The notes beneath the pieces were generated by a model that had not been told where the DNA came from, did no database searches, and was given only the letters and a program-made list of their open reading frames with translations. 64,000 nt of DNA, from positions 75-64,074 of the forward strand of contig CAZZCL010000004.1 in the NCBI GenBank assembly GCA_964652295.1, in the 5' to 3' direction. This DNA comes from an uncultured Chthoniobacterales bacterium. GTDB lineage: Bacteria > Verrucomicrobiota > Verrucomicrobiia > Chthoniobacterales > CALDSX01. Made by a program: the position numbers and the translations under genes. Shown here piece after piece: positions 36,092 through 45,061 of this stretch; position 1 is the first letter of the stretch; each line of letters starts with the position of its first letter.

Positions 36092-36880
36092 TCAATCGCG
36101 CCAGGGCGAACGAACGATGCCCCGTTTGCTGGAGCGGACGAACGCGATGAGCTGGGCAACCTCGGCAGAGTCGAACTCGCGCTCAAGCCGTTCACAGGCT
36201 TGCGATGCGTTGAGTTCGGCGCGGTAAAGAACGCGGAATGCTTCAGTCAAAGCCGCCACAATCTCGGTGGAAAACCCGTGACGTTCCAGGCCCACCTTGT
36301 TGACACCCCGCGCGAGTGCGGGATTGCCGTCGACAATCATGAAGGGCGGCACATCCTGCACGATTTTAGAGCAACCGCCTGTGATAGCGTGGCGTCCGAT
36401 GCGACAGAACTGATGTACGGCAGAGAGCCCGCCGATGACAGCGTGATCTTCAACGGTCACATGCCCTGCGAGCGTGCCATTATTGGAGAAGATAACGCCG
36501 TCGCCAACGGTGCAATCGTGGGCGATATGGCTGTAAGCGAGGAAATTCCCGCCTGACCCCACGACGGTGCGGCCTTCGGGTGCGGTGGCGCGGTGGACGG
36601 TGCAGGATTCGCGGAAGACGTTTGCACTGCCAATCTCAAGCCATGTCGGTTCGCCGGTGTATTTCAGATCCTGGGTTTTCTGTCCGATGGAACAGAATGC
36701 ATGGAAAACATTGTCGGGGCCGATCTCCGCGGGGCCATCCATGACGACATGCCCCTGTAACATGCAACGGTCGCCGAGGCGGACGGGACCGAGAACAAGG
36801 CAGTAGGGACCAATGGCTACGTCGCGACCAAGTTCTGCGCGGGGATCGACGATGGCTGTCGGATGGATGATTTCTGTCAT
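36092..36880 (-). CDS. lpxA: Acyl-ACP--UDP-N-acetylglucosamine O-acyltransferase
   Basis: Hexapeptide-repeat protein starting IHPTAIVDPRAELGRDVAIGPYCLV. C-terminal helical domain. It is adjacent to and coupled (ATGA) with lpxC/fabZ. Confidence 0.9.
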   Translation of the reverse strand: MTEIIHPTAIVDPRAELGRDVAIGPYCLVLGPVRLGDRCMLQGHVVMDGPAEIGPDNVFHAFCSIGQKTQDLKYTGEPTWLEIGSANVFRESCTVHRATAPEGRTVVGSGGNFLAYSHIAHDCTVGDGVIFSNNGTLAGHVTVEDHAVIGGLSAVHQFCRIGRHAITGGCSKIVQDVPPFMIVDGNPALARGVNKVGLERHGFSTEIVAALTEAFRVLYRAELNASQACERLEREFDSAEVAQLIAFVRSSKRGIVRSPWRD

Positions 36881-38178
36881 CGTTCCATGAGCATGAACAT
36901 GAGCTCGCCTTCTGACACGACGTCTTCGTTAACGAGGCAGCGGCACTTTGCGCGGCCGAGATTTCGTCGCGCGCTAGTGAGTTCGACCTGAATGAAAAGT
37001 GTGTCGCCGGGCAGGACCGGCTTGCGAAACTTCACTTTGTCCGCCGACATGAAGTATCCGATTCTTCCCGTGTTCTCCGGGTTGCGCAGAAGCAGGACGC
37101 TTGCGACCTGGGCCATGGCTTCGACCTGCAGCACGCCGGGCATGATGGGGTGTCCGGGGAAATGACCGGGGAAAAAGGGTTCGTTCATGCTGACGGACTT
37201 GATCCCGGTGCATTTGTTGTCGCCCTCAAAGCCCACGATGCGGTCTACCATCAGGAACGGGAATCGGTGGGGGAGAATACGCATGACTTCGTTGGTATCC
37301 AGCACGGCTTCTCCGTGGGGAATGTTGACCGGCGGGATCATGGCGCGCATTTCGTCGTACTCGCGGCAGAGGGCGCGGACGAGTTCGGCATTGGGGCCGT
37401 GGCCAGGTTTCACCGCCACGACATGGCCGCGGATGGGGCGGCCGAACATTGCGAGATCGCCGACGATGTCGAGGATCTTGTGGCGGACAAACTCGTCTTC
37501 GAAACGCAGGGGCTCCTTGCTGACGATGGCGCCTGCATTGATGACGATGGCATTATCCAGGCTCCCCCCCTTGATGAGGCCTTTTTCCATCAGGGGTTCG
37601 ATGTCTTCGTAATGGACGAATGTGCGGGCACGCGCGATTTCGGTCGTGTAGGATTCCGGCGTGATGTCGAGGCTGAAGTATTGTGTGAAGCTGCCGTCCG
37701 GGCCGGCCTGAGTGCATGAAATGCGGAACGTAGGGGAGGGCAGAACTGTCAGGATCGCTCCGGATGCGGTTTGGACGGCAACCGGCTCGCGGATCTCGAA
37801 AACTTTACGCGGCACGTCCTGTGCCGTGCGCCCCGCACCTTGTAACAACTCGACGTAAGGCATAGCGCTGCCATCGCCGATGGGTGGTTCATTGGCGTCC
37901 ATCTCGACAATGGCGTTATCGACTTCCAATCCGGCGAGAGCCGAAAGGATATGTTCGACGGTATGAACCTTGATGTTGCCCTCGGCGATAGTTGTGGCGC
38001 GTTCGACCATACGCACATTCTCGATGCTGGCGGAGATGGTGGGTTCGTCCGGGAGATCCTTGCGGCGAAATTTATAGCCGTGATTGGGCGGCGCGGGCAA
38101 AACTGTGAGGGTGACGCGTTCGCCGGTATGCAGCGAAGTGCCGGCGAGCGAGGCGGGTTGCGCAACCGTATGTTGCAT
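36877..38178 (-). CDS. lpxC/fabZ: Bifunctional UDP-3-O-acyl-GlcNAc deacetylase / 3-hydroxyacyl-ACP dehydratase
   Basis: N-terminal LpxC pattern (GTSLHTGERVTLTVLP...HTVEHILSAL...HKILDIVGDL). C-terminal FabZ pattern (LPHRFPFLMVDRI...FFPGHFPGHPIMPGVLQVEAMAQ). Start at ATG 38178. Confidence 0.9.
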   Translation of the reverse strand: MQHTVAQPASLAGTSLHTGERVTLTVLPAPPNHGYKFRRKDLPDEPTISASIENVRMVERATTIAEGNIKVHTVEHILSALAGLEVDNAIVEMDANEPPIGDGSAMPYVELLQGAGRTAQDVPRKVFEIREPVAVQTASGAILTVLPSPTFRISCTQAGPDGSFTQYFSLDITPESYTTEIARARTFVHYEDIEPLMEKGLIKGGSLDNAIVINAGAIVSKEPLRFEDEFVRHKILDIVGDLAMFGRPIRGHVVAVKPGHGPNAELVRALCREYDEMRAMIPPVNIPHGEAVLDTNEVMRILPHRFPFLMVDRIVGFEGDNKCTGIKSVSMNEPFFPGHFPGHPIMPGVLQVEAMAQVASVLLLRNPENTGRIGYFMSADKVKFRKPVLPGDTLFIQVELTSARRNLGRAKCRCLVNEDVVSEGELMFMLMER

Positions 38179-38307
38179 GGGAACAGGCATAAGCCGGTTG
38201 AATGACACAGGCGACGCATGCGCGCAAGCTGCAGAGGCGCTCTGCGCGTCATGGCCAAAGCGTGTGCGGGGGGCTGCGGGCACACGACTGTGCTGGGCGA
38301 ATCGACA

Positions 38308-39237
38308 TTAGGGCGCGCCGTATGGCGCGAGGGATTCGACCGACAACCCGACGCCGAGCGTGTGCGATTGGCCTGGTTCGAGCGTGCGCACATCCGCGAA
38401 GGCATTGGCAGTTTCAACACAGACAAACTCGTGAAACTGATCCGCGCCGATGTCGGGCATGGTGTTGGCCCGTTCGCTCCACGGATTCCACACCACCGTG
38501 GAGTTGCTGCCGCGAGGCGTTATGTGGATACGGCGGGACAGGCCGGGATCTTCGATAACAGTTCGAGGCGCCGCCTTGTATATGCGGTTGGTCTCGTCGG
38601 CGAATGCAATGGGCGCATTGGCCGCAGCGTGTTCGGCGCCATCACCAGCTTCGATCCAGGGCGTGTTTTCAAGGCCGTTCACACGGATGGTGCGCACATC
38701 GTGGACGAGGAAATAGGTGTGGAGCGCGGCACCTACACGAATCGGTGTGCTCTTGGTATTGACAGTTTCCAGCGCCAGATCGAGCGAAACCCCGACACGG
38801 ATATGCAGGGACAACGCCGCGTCGTAAGGCCAGGCCTCCCGGAAGGCACCGTTGCGTACGAGGCGCAGACTCATTTCCACGGAGCCGTCCTCCAGGTTGC
38901 GTGTCCGCACAGGTTGCCATGGGGAAAGCCGGGCAAAACCGTGCGCAGGCTTTCCAGCGTAGAGGGGGTCCGAGGCAAACCACGGCCAGCTTATGGGGAT
39001 GCCGCCGCGTATGGCCTTATCCCGGGTGTAATAACTCCGGCGGCTCAGCCAGAGGATCTCCCCGCCGCGGCGCGGTTCGAAAGAAAGCAGTTGCGCGCCG
39101 TGCAACGCCACACGCGCAAATGCGTCGGGCGTTTCAATGCGTGCGACAATGAATCCTCCCGGACCGGCTTCGAAGGTCAGCGTATCGGGAAGACCGAATT
39201 TGTCGTTGAGCAGATCCACTGGAGAAGAAGAAGCCAT
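38308..39237 (-). CDS. D-hexose-6-phosphate mutarotase (YeaD / aldose 1-epimerase family)
   Basis: GAQLLSF, IRGGIPISWPWF, AHGFAR, ALHTYF and FVCVETAN, colinear by eye with E. coli YeaD. Confidence 0.75.
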   Translation of the reverse strand: MASSSPVDLLNDKFGLPDTLTFEAGPGGFIVARIETPDAFARVALHGAQLLSFEPRRGGEILWLSRRSYYTRDKAIRGGIPISWPWFASDPLYAGKPAHGFARLSPWQPVRTRNLEDGSVEMSLRLVRNGAFREAWPYDAALSLHIRVGVSLDLALETVNTKSTPIRVGAALHTYFLVHDVRTIRVNGLENTPWIEAGDGAEHAAANAPIAFADETNRIYKAAPRTVIEDPGLSRRIHITPRGSNSTVVWNPWSERANTMPDIGADQFHEFVCVETANAFADVRTLEPGQSHTLGVGLSVESLAPYGAP

Positions 39238-39457
39238 GAGCGTATCGCGCGACAGAGAACGCTGCGATTGAGCAGTCAACAACGTGTCGGGGCGGGGTCA
39301 AGTGGTCAAAAAACGACAATTGCTCTTGCGAACGGGGGAACGAGGCTCGTACGTAACTGATGGTGATCTTTGCCATGACTTTATCGATCTTCGTTTGCAT
39401 CATTTGCCCACGTGTCACCAGTGTGGCGCGCAAGGCCGTGGAGGCGGCTTGCGTTTG

Positions 39458-40726
39458 ATGGCCAACACGATTCTGGTCGGCGCCCAGTGGGGAGACGAAG
39501 GCAAAGGCAAGGTCATTGACCTGCTTACCGACGAGACGGATGTCGTTGTGCGTTCGCAGGGTGGAAACAACGCCGGACATACCGTTGTCGACAACGGCCG
39601 ACAATATGTGTTGCATCTGATTCCGTCTGGTATCCTGCGTCGCGATACGTTGTGCGTGATTGCGAATGGCGTTGTAATCGATCCGTCGGCATTAGTTGGC
39701 GAAATTGAGGCGTTGCGCGGCCAGGACATTCGGGTTGAGCCCGGGAATTTGGCCATCAGCGATTGCGCGCATATGGTTCTCCCATATCATCGGGCGCTCG
39801 ATGCGCATCGTGATGCGGCAAAAGGCGACGGGCGTATCGGCACGACCAAGCGCGGCATTGGACCTGCCTACGGGGATAAAGCGGCGCGGGTAGGATTGCG
39901 CACGTGCGACATGCTTCGGTCGGGGTTTGCCGCTCGCGTCGCCGAGAAGGTGCGCGAAAACAACGAGATTCTGCAGACGCTGGGCGAAGCGCCGCTGGAT
40001 GACGCCGCCGTGGCGAGGCGGTACGAAACCGCCGCTGCCGCGCTTCGGCCTTTTCTCTGCAACACGGTGGTTTTGTTGCATGACGCGATTGCAGCGGGGA
40101 AACGGCTATTGTTTGAGGGGGCGCAGGGCACGTTCCTTGATCTCGACCACGGCACCTATCCTTTTGTGACAAGCTCCAACACCATCGCCGGCGGTGCCTG
40201 CACCGGGAGCGGGGTGCCGCCCCATCGCATGGATCGCGTGCTGGGCGTAATGAAGGCGTACACGACGCGTGTGGGTGAAGGACCTTTCCCCACGGAGTCG
40301 GATGAGCTTGGAACGCTGTTGCACGGCATGGGGCGCGAGTTCGGGGCGACGACAGGTCGGAAGCGGCGGTGTGGATGGTTCGACGCTGTTGCAACGCGTT
40401 ACGCTGCCATGATCAACGGGATGGACGATCTGGCGGTGACCAATCTCGACGGGTTGGACACGCTGGAGTCGCTCAGGATCTGCACGGAGTATGAGTTTGA
40501 AGGGCGCCGGTTGAAAGTTCCGCCATCGGATTCCACCGACCTCGGAATGTGCCGTCCCGTCTACGAGGAATGTCCGGGATGGAAAACGCCGCTGGGCGAC
40601 GTGCGGCGCCACGCCGATCTGCCCGGGGCCGCGAGGCGTTACCTTGAGCGTATCTGCGAACTGACGGGTGCCCGCCTGAGCCTTGTGAGCGTTGGCGCGG
40701 AGCGCGCCGCAACAATCCGCCTGTGA
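39458..40726 (+). CDS. purA: Adenylosuccinate synthase
   Basis: VGAQWGDEGKGKVIDLL and GTTKRGIGPAY. Start at ATG 39458, not the track's 39284. Confidence 0.95.
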   Translation: MANTILVGAQWGDEGKGKVIDLLTDETDVVVRSQGGNNAGHTVVDNGRQYVLHLIPSGILRRDTLCVIANGVVIDPSALVGEIEALRGQDIRVEPGNLAISDCAHMVLPYHRALDAHRDAAKGDGRIGTTKRGIGPAYGDKAARVGLRTCDMLRSGFAARVAEKVRENNEILQTLGEAPLDDAAVARRYETAAAALRPFLCNTVVLLHDAIAAGKRLLFEGAQGTFLDLDHGTYPFVTSSNTIAGGACTGSGVPPHRMDRVLGVMKAYTTRVGEGPFPTESDELGTLLHGMGREFGATTGRKRRCGWFDAVATRYAAMINGMDDLAVTNLDGLDTLESLRICTEYEFEGRRLKVPPSDSTDLGMCRPVYEECPGWKTPLGDVRRHADLPGAARRYLERICELTGARLSLVSVGAERAATIRL

Positions 40727-41472
40727 GCACCGCTGCCGCATCCATCGAAACCGCGCCGCGCACGCCGCGTTTTCCCAGTGTACCCCGGCATGTCGCCGTC
40801 ATCATGGATGGAAACGGCCGCTGGGCGCGTGGGCGCGGATTGCCGCGGCTGAAGGGTCACGAAGCCGGGGCGGAGGCGGCTGCCGCATGTGTGAATGCGT
40901 GCGACGAGCTTGGGATCGATTACCTGACTTTGTACGCGTTTTCGACAGAGAACTGGAAACGCCCCCGCGAGGAGGTGGAGGGATTGATGCGGCTACTGGA
41001 ACGGTTTTTGGAAGAGCGCGCAGCGGAAATCGAGCGCCGACACATCCGTTTTCGGACCATCGGTCGCATTGACAAGCTGCCGGGGCCTACGTGCGAAGCC
41101 CTGCGGCGGATGACTTCCCAGACTGCGGCGAATACGGGTGGCACGTTGACATTCGCGCTCAACTACAGTGGCCGCGCCGAGATCACCGACGCGGTGCGCT
41201 CCCTCGCTGCCGACGTCGCGGCAGGAAAGCTGCGGCCGGAGGACATCGATGAGGCCGCCATCTCCGGCCGTCTCAACACCGCCGGTATGCCCGATCCCGA
41301 TCTCCTGATTCGCACCTCCGGCGAGTTGCGCATCTCGAATTTCATGTTGTGGCAACTGAGCTACACCGAGATTCACATTTCTGCGAAGCTCTGGCCCGAT
41401 TTTCGCGAGCCAGATTTCTTCGAAGCCATCGAAAGTTTCAACCAGCGAAAGCGCCGTTATGGAGCAGTCTGA
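40723..41472 (+). CDS. uppS: Di-trans,poly-cis-undecaprenyl-diphosphate synthase
   Basis: PRHVAVIMDGNGRWA and YAFSTENWKRP. The GTG start overlaps the purA stop (GTGA). Confidence 0.9.
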   Translation: MSTAAASIETAPRTPRFPSVPRHVAVIMDGNGRWARGRGLPRLKGHEAGAEAAAACVNACDELGIDYLTLYAFSTENWKRPREEVEGLMRLLERFLEERAAEIERRHIRFRTIGRIDKLPGPTCEALRRMTSQTAANTGGTLTFALNYSGRAEITDAVRSLAADVAAGKLRPEDIDEAAISGRLNTAGMPDPDLLIRTSGELRISNFMLWQLSYTEIHISAKLWPDFREPDFFEAIESFNQRKRRYGAV

Positions 41473-42955
41473 TCTCCAAACCATTCTCATCGTCGATCCG
41501 GAAGAAGATTTTCTCGATTGGGCAAAAAGTCAGTTGCAGACGCCCTCGACACGCGTCCTCACCACCACCGACGCAGCGGAGGGAGAAAAGCTTTTTTCGA
41601 CTGAACAGATCGACCTGCTCATTGCCGATACCCACACATCGCCCTTTGGCGGTCTGGAACTTTTGAAACGCTGCCGTCAGCGCGACCCCAACGCGCTGAT
41701 CGTCCTGGCCAGCTCCTTCAGCACCAACCAATCGGTGATCGAAAGCATGACGCTGGGGGCTTACGATTTTCTTCGCAAGGAATCGTTGCCATTCAGTTTT
41801 AAGATCGTCGTGGACAGCGCCCTGACCGCGCGGCGATCCATGAAGGCTGCCACCGAGTTCAAACCGCAACTCACGGTGGAGCAACGCCAGGACAGCATTG
41901 TCGGACGTTCCGATTCGATGCAGCAGGTCTTCAAGCTCATCGGGCGGGTCGCGCACACCGACGCTCCCGTCATGATCACAGGTGAGAGCGGCACCGGAAA
42001 AGAACTCGTCGCTCGCGCCATCCACCGTTACAGCCCGCGCAGCGCCAAAGGTTTCGTCGCCATCAATTGCGCCGCCATCCCGGAGAACCTCCTCGAGAGT
42101 GAACTGTTTGGGCATGAAAAAGGGAGTTTCACAGGCGCAGTCTCCCAGCGCGTCGGGCGCTTTGAACAATCTGGAGGAGGCACGCTGTTCCTCGACGAAA
42201 TCGGCGATCTGCCCCTCGCCGTGCAGGGCAAACTCCTGCGCGTGCTGCAGGACGGCGAATTTTCGCGTGTGGGCGGAAACACAAGCATCCGCGCGGATGT
42301 GCGCATTGTTGCCGCGACCAACAAGAATCTGGAACAGGAAGTGGCTGAAAAGGGGTTCCGCGAAGACCTGTTTTACCGGCTTAATGTCGTGCGCATCCAG
42401 CTGCCCCCCCTGCGGCAGCGGCCTGAGGATATTCGGCTTCTTGCGGAATATTTCCTCCAGCGCATCAGCGAGCAGAAGCATCTTCCGTTGCTGCGCCTTT
42501 CTGAAGAAGCGGCGAGCGTGCTTGAAGCGCACGCATGGCCGGGCAACGTGCGCGAGCTGGAGAACACCCTGCAGCGTGCCTGTGTCCTGGCGACTGGGAA
42601 TGTTCTTCTCGCACGGGACATCCCGGTTGGCGCAGGCCAGCCGCCTTCGGTGGACGATTCGCCGGCTGTCATGGTCGGGCGCAGGCCGCCTGTGGACGAC
42701 TCGCGGAACGACGACGGCGGTGGGCTGACGCGCGAGCAGGCGGTCGCGTTTCTGCTCGACGCGGCGATGGACGATTCCACGTTGCAGTTGCTCCCATGGA
42801 TCGAGCAGGAGTTCACGCGGATGGCCATGCAGCGCACCGGGGGCAATCAGATTCGGGCAGCGCGCCTGCTCGGGATCAGTCGCGCCACGCTGCGAAAACG
42901 GTTGGAACGTTTTCAGATCGCGCGCAGCGGCGTTGCCGTTGGCGGCGACGATTGA
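41459..42955 (+). CDS. Sigma-54-dependent response regulator (NtrC family): receiver + AAA+ + Fis-type HTH
   Basis: Receiver domain (ILIVDPEEDF...DLLIADTHTSP). Walker A GESGTGKE. GSFTGA variant of the GAFTGA loop. FLDEIGDL. C-terminal HTH (AARLLGISRATLRKRLERF). No sensor kinase is adjacent. Confidence 0.85.
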   Translation: MEQSDLQTILIVDPEEDFLDWAKSQLQTPSTRVLTTTDAAEGEKLFSTEQIDLLIADTHTSPFGGLELLKRCRQRDPNALIVLASSFSTNQSVIESMTLGAYDFLRKESLPFSFKIVVDSALTARRSMKAATEFKPQLTVEQRQDSIVGRSDSMQQVFKLIGRVAHTDAPVMITGESGTGKELVARAIHRYSPRSAKGFVAINCAAIPENLLESELFGHEKGSFTGAVSQRVGRFEQSGGGTLFLDEIGDLPLAVQGKLLRVLQDGEFSRVGGNTSIRADVRIVAATNKNLEQEVAEKGFREDLFYRLNVVRIQLPPLRQRPEDIRLLAEYFLQRISEQKHLPLLRLSEEAASVLEAHAWPGNVRELENTLQRACVLATGNVLLARDIPVGAGQPPSVDDSPAVMVGRRPPVDDSRNDDGGGLTREQAVAFLLDAAMDDSTLQLLPWIEQEFTRMAMQRTGGNQIRAARLLGISRATLRKRLERFQIARSGVAVGGDD

Positions 42956-42964
42956 TTCAGCCTC

Positions 42965-43825
42965 ATGCAATCATGGGTCTGGGATTGCGGCGACGCGCGA
43001 TGGACTGCGGATGCGCATGTGCCCGTCACCGATTATGGGTTGCGCTTTGGGATGTCCGTTTTTGAAACGCTCCTTGCGACGTCGGCCGGTGTCATGTTTG
43101 CCGGGGAGCATCTTGCCCGACTCCAAAGCGCGGCCGACACAGCCGAGCTGCCGTTGCATTCCTCGGTTGATGACCCCGGCTTTCTCGAAAGTTTCACCCG
43201 GGTATTGTGCAGCTTTGCAAATTCACCCGGTGCACGGTATGGTGTGGTTGCACGACTTTATGCGACGTTCGGCGATGGGGACACCGCCGAGACCGGACGT
43301 GTGTTCATGCTTGCGGAACCGGCAACTGAACCCCCGCTGTTTCTGCGTGCGTCTGTTGAGCCGGTGCTTGTGCAGGACCCGTTTCCCGGGTTGAAGACAG
43401 GGAATTACTGGGCGCGTATGGCTGCTCGCAAGCGTGCGATGGCGCAAGGTGAGGATGAGACACTGGTTTGCGTCAGGTCGGGATGTGTAGCCGGTTTTGC
43501 ATCGGCAAATCTGTTGGCGAAGATCGGCGGACAATGGTTCACCCCGCCTTTTGCGGACGGTGCCCGCTGCGGCGTGGTTCGGGAATGGGCCGCGACGCTG
43601 TTAACCCTGCGGGAGCGGACGCTTGCGATTGCGGATGTGACCGGGGCTGAAGTTGTTGCCGCAACGAATTCGCGCATTGGAATATGCCCGGTGTATTTCG
43701 GTGCGCAGCGCGCCGGAGCGTCCGGATCAAGCCCGGACGAGATCGCCGGAGATCGAGATCTGCCAGAGTTGCGGGCTCAATGGCAGATGTTGCGCGACGA
43801 CTCGACTGCGGGGCGTCGCGGTTGA
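42965..43825 (+). CDS. Class IV aminotransferase-fold protein (aminodeoxychorismate lyase-like)
   Basis: N-terminal DYGLRFGMSVFETL, the typical size (286 aa) and the GNYWARMAA region. The PabC versus Ilv/D-aminotransferase assignment is not resolvable by eye. Confidence 0.55.
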   Translation: MQSWVWDCGDARWTADAHVPVTDYGLRFGMSVFETLLATSAGVMFAGEHLARLQSAADTAELPLHSSVDDPGFLESFTRVLCSFANSPGARYGVVARLYATFGDGDTAETGRVFMLAEPATEPPLFLRASVEPVLVQDPFPGLKTGNYWARMAARKRAMAQGEDETLVCVRSGCVAGFASANLLAKIGGQWFTPPFADGARCGVVREWAATLLTLRERTLAIADVTGAEVVAATNSRIGICPVYFGAQRAGASGSSPDEIAGDRDLPELRAQWQMLRDDSTAGRRG

Positions 43826-43892
43826 TTCAATCTGCACTGACGCTTAGACTCCAGATTCCGGAAATACGAGGTCAACCGGGGGAGACTTTTAA

Positions 43893-44978
43893 ATGGGCGA
43901 AAACCAGGCTTTTCTCAGTACTTTGCGCGTTTTGGCGGACACCACGCACAAGCCGCGCACGGCATTGCAATTAACGCTGCAGCAGTTGCAACGGCTCGCC
44001 GACGATTTCGATTTGGGCCGCATTATCCAGATGGATGAGCCGTTCAACACGCAATGTAACACGACCGAGCCGTTTCGTACTGGGCAGGGAACGTTTTTGC
44101 TGCGGGCCAGGCACGGGGAAGAATATGTCGAACGGCTCGAGTTTCTGCATCGCACCATCGATTCTCTTGTTGCCAGTGGGTTTTGTTGTCCGGCGGTGAT
44201 TCGGGCGCGGAGCGGCAAAAGCTGGACGGTATGGGGAGAACGCCTCGTCGAGGTGCATCAATTTATCGAGCATGACTCTGGTACACACCGCGATTGGGGC
44301 CGGATGAACGCGGCTGCCAGCGCGCTGGGCGATCTGCACGCCGCGCTGGCTGCATGCGTGAAAGGACGGAGCGTGGTACCGCCTGAAATGCGCAACGATA
44401 TCTCCCCGCGCCAATGCCTGTTGCTGTTGGAGGAGGTAAAGCGCACGATCCATCAGCGCTCCGATGATGATGCGCTGGAAGCCGCGCGCGTGTGCGCGGA
44501 GGTGGAAAGCCTCGTGCATTTGCTCGCGCAGGATTACGAACGCATTGTCGGTAACCTGCCGTGGCTCATCGTACATGGCGATTACCACTTCTGGAATATT
44601 CTGTATAAAGCCGACCAGATCGTTGGCGTCGTGGATTACGATTTTCTTCAGGAGCGGGAGAGGATGTTCGATGTGGCTTACGCGCTGCAAAGCGTTGTGG
44701 CGTATTTGCGCCAGCTGCGAAACGGGCAAACATTTGATTATTCGTCTCTGGGCTGGAGCAGCGTGCGATTGTGGGTGGATCTGTATGATGCCGCCGCGCC
44801 AATCCCGTTGACTGAGATTGAGCGCGACCGGCTCCCGCTTGAAATGCTGCGAATTTTTCTTGTGAGCATGATCACAATTGCAAATCAGACCGACGCCGTT
44901 CAGACGATGTTGGAGCAGGAAGACGACTTGAAATTATACCGCTGGGTGGCCGAACAGGACAGTCTCTTCAAGGCCTGA
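43893..44978 (+). CDS. Phosphotransferase (APH / choline-kinase-like kinase fold)
   Basis: Catalytic loop IVHGDYHFWNIL and metal-binding VVDYDF. Confidence 0.65.
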   Translation: MGENQAFLSTLRVLADTTHKPRTALQLTLQQLQRLADDFDLGRIIQMDEPFNTQCNTTEPFRTGQGTFLLRARHGEEYVERLEFLHRTIDSLVASGFCCPAVIRARSGKSWTVWGERLVEVHQFIEHDSGTHRDWGRMNAAASALGDLHAALAACVKGRSVVPPEMRNDISPRQCLLLLEEVKRTIHQRSDDDALEAARVCAEVESLVHLLAQDYERIVGNLPWLIVHGDYHFWNILYKADQIVGVVDYDFLQERERMFDVAYALQSVVAYLRQLRNGQTFDYSSLGWSSVRLWVDLYDAAAPIPLTEIERDRLPLEMLRIFLVSMITIANQTDAVQTMLEQEDDLKLYRWVAEQDSLFKA

Positions 44979-45061
44979 CAGCGCCCGCAGGCCGGGTGGT
45001 GTCAGCGCAGGGCTGCGTTTTTTTCTCGCCAGACGCTCCGGCATTGTGCACTGAACCCGTT

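Noticed and set aside
36877-38178. LpxC-FabZ fusion, considered as a novelty
   Set aside because: This bifunctional fusion is a well-known architecture in Bacteroidetes, Chlorobi and PVC-type genomes. I report it as a feature only.
38218-39360. 380-aa plus-strand ORF
   Set aside because: It is antisense to the YeaD-like mutarotase gene, whose motifs are clear. Shadow ORF.
41438-42970. 510-aa minus-strand ORF
   Set aside because: It is antisense to the sigma-54 activator, which has Walker A, GSFTGA and HTH motifs. Shadow ORF.
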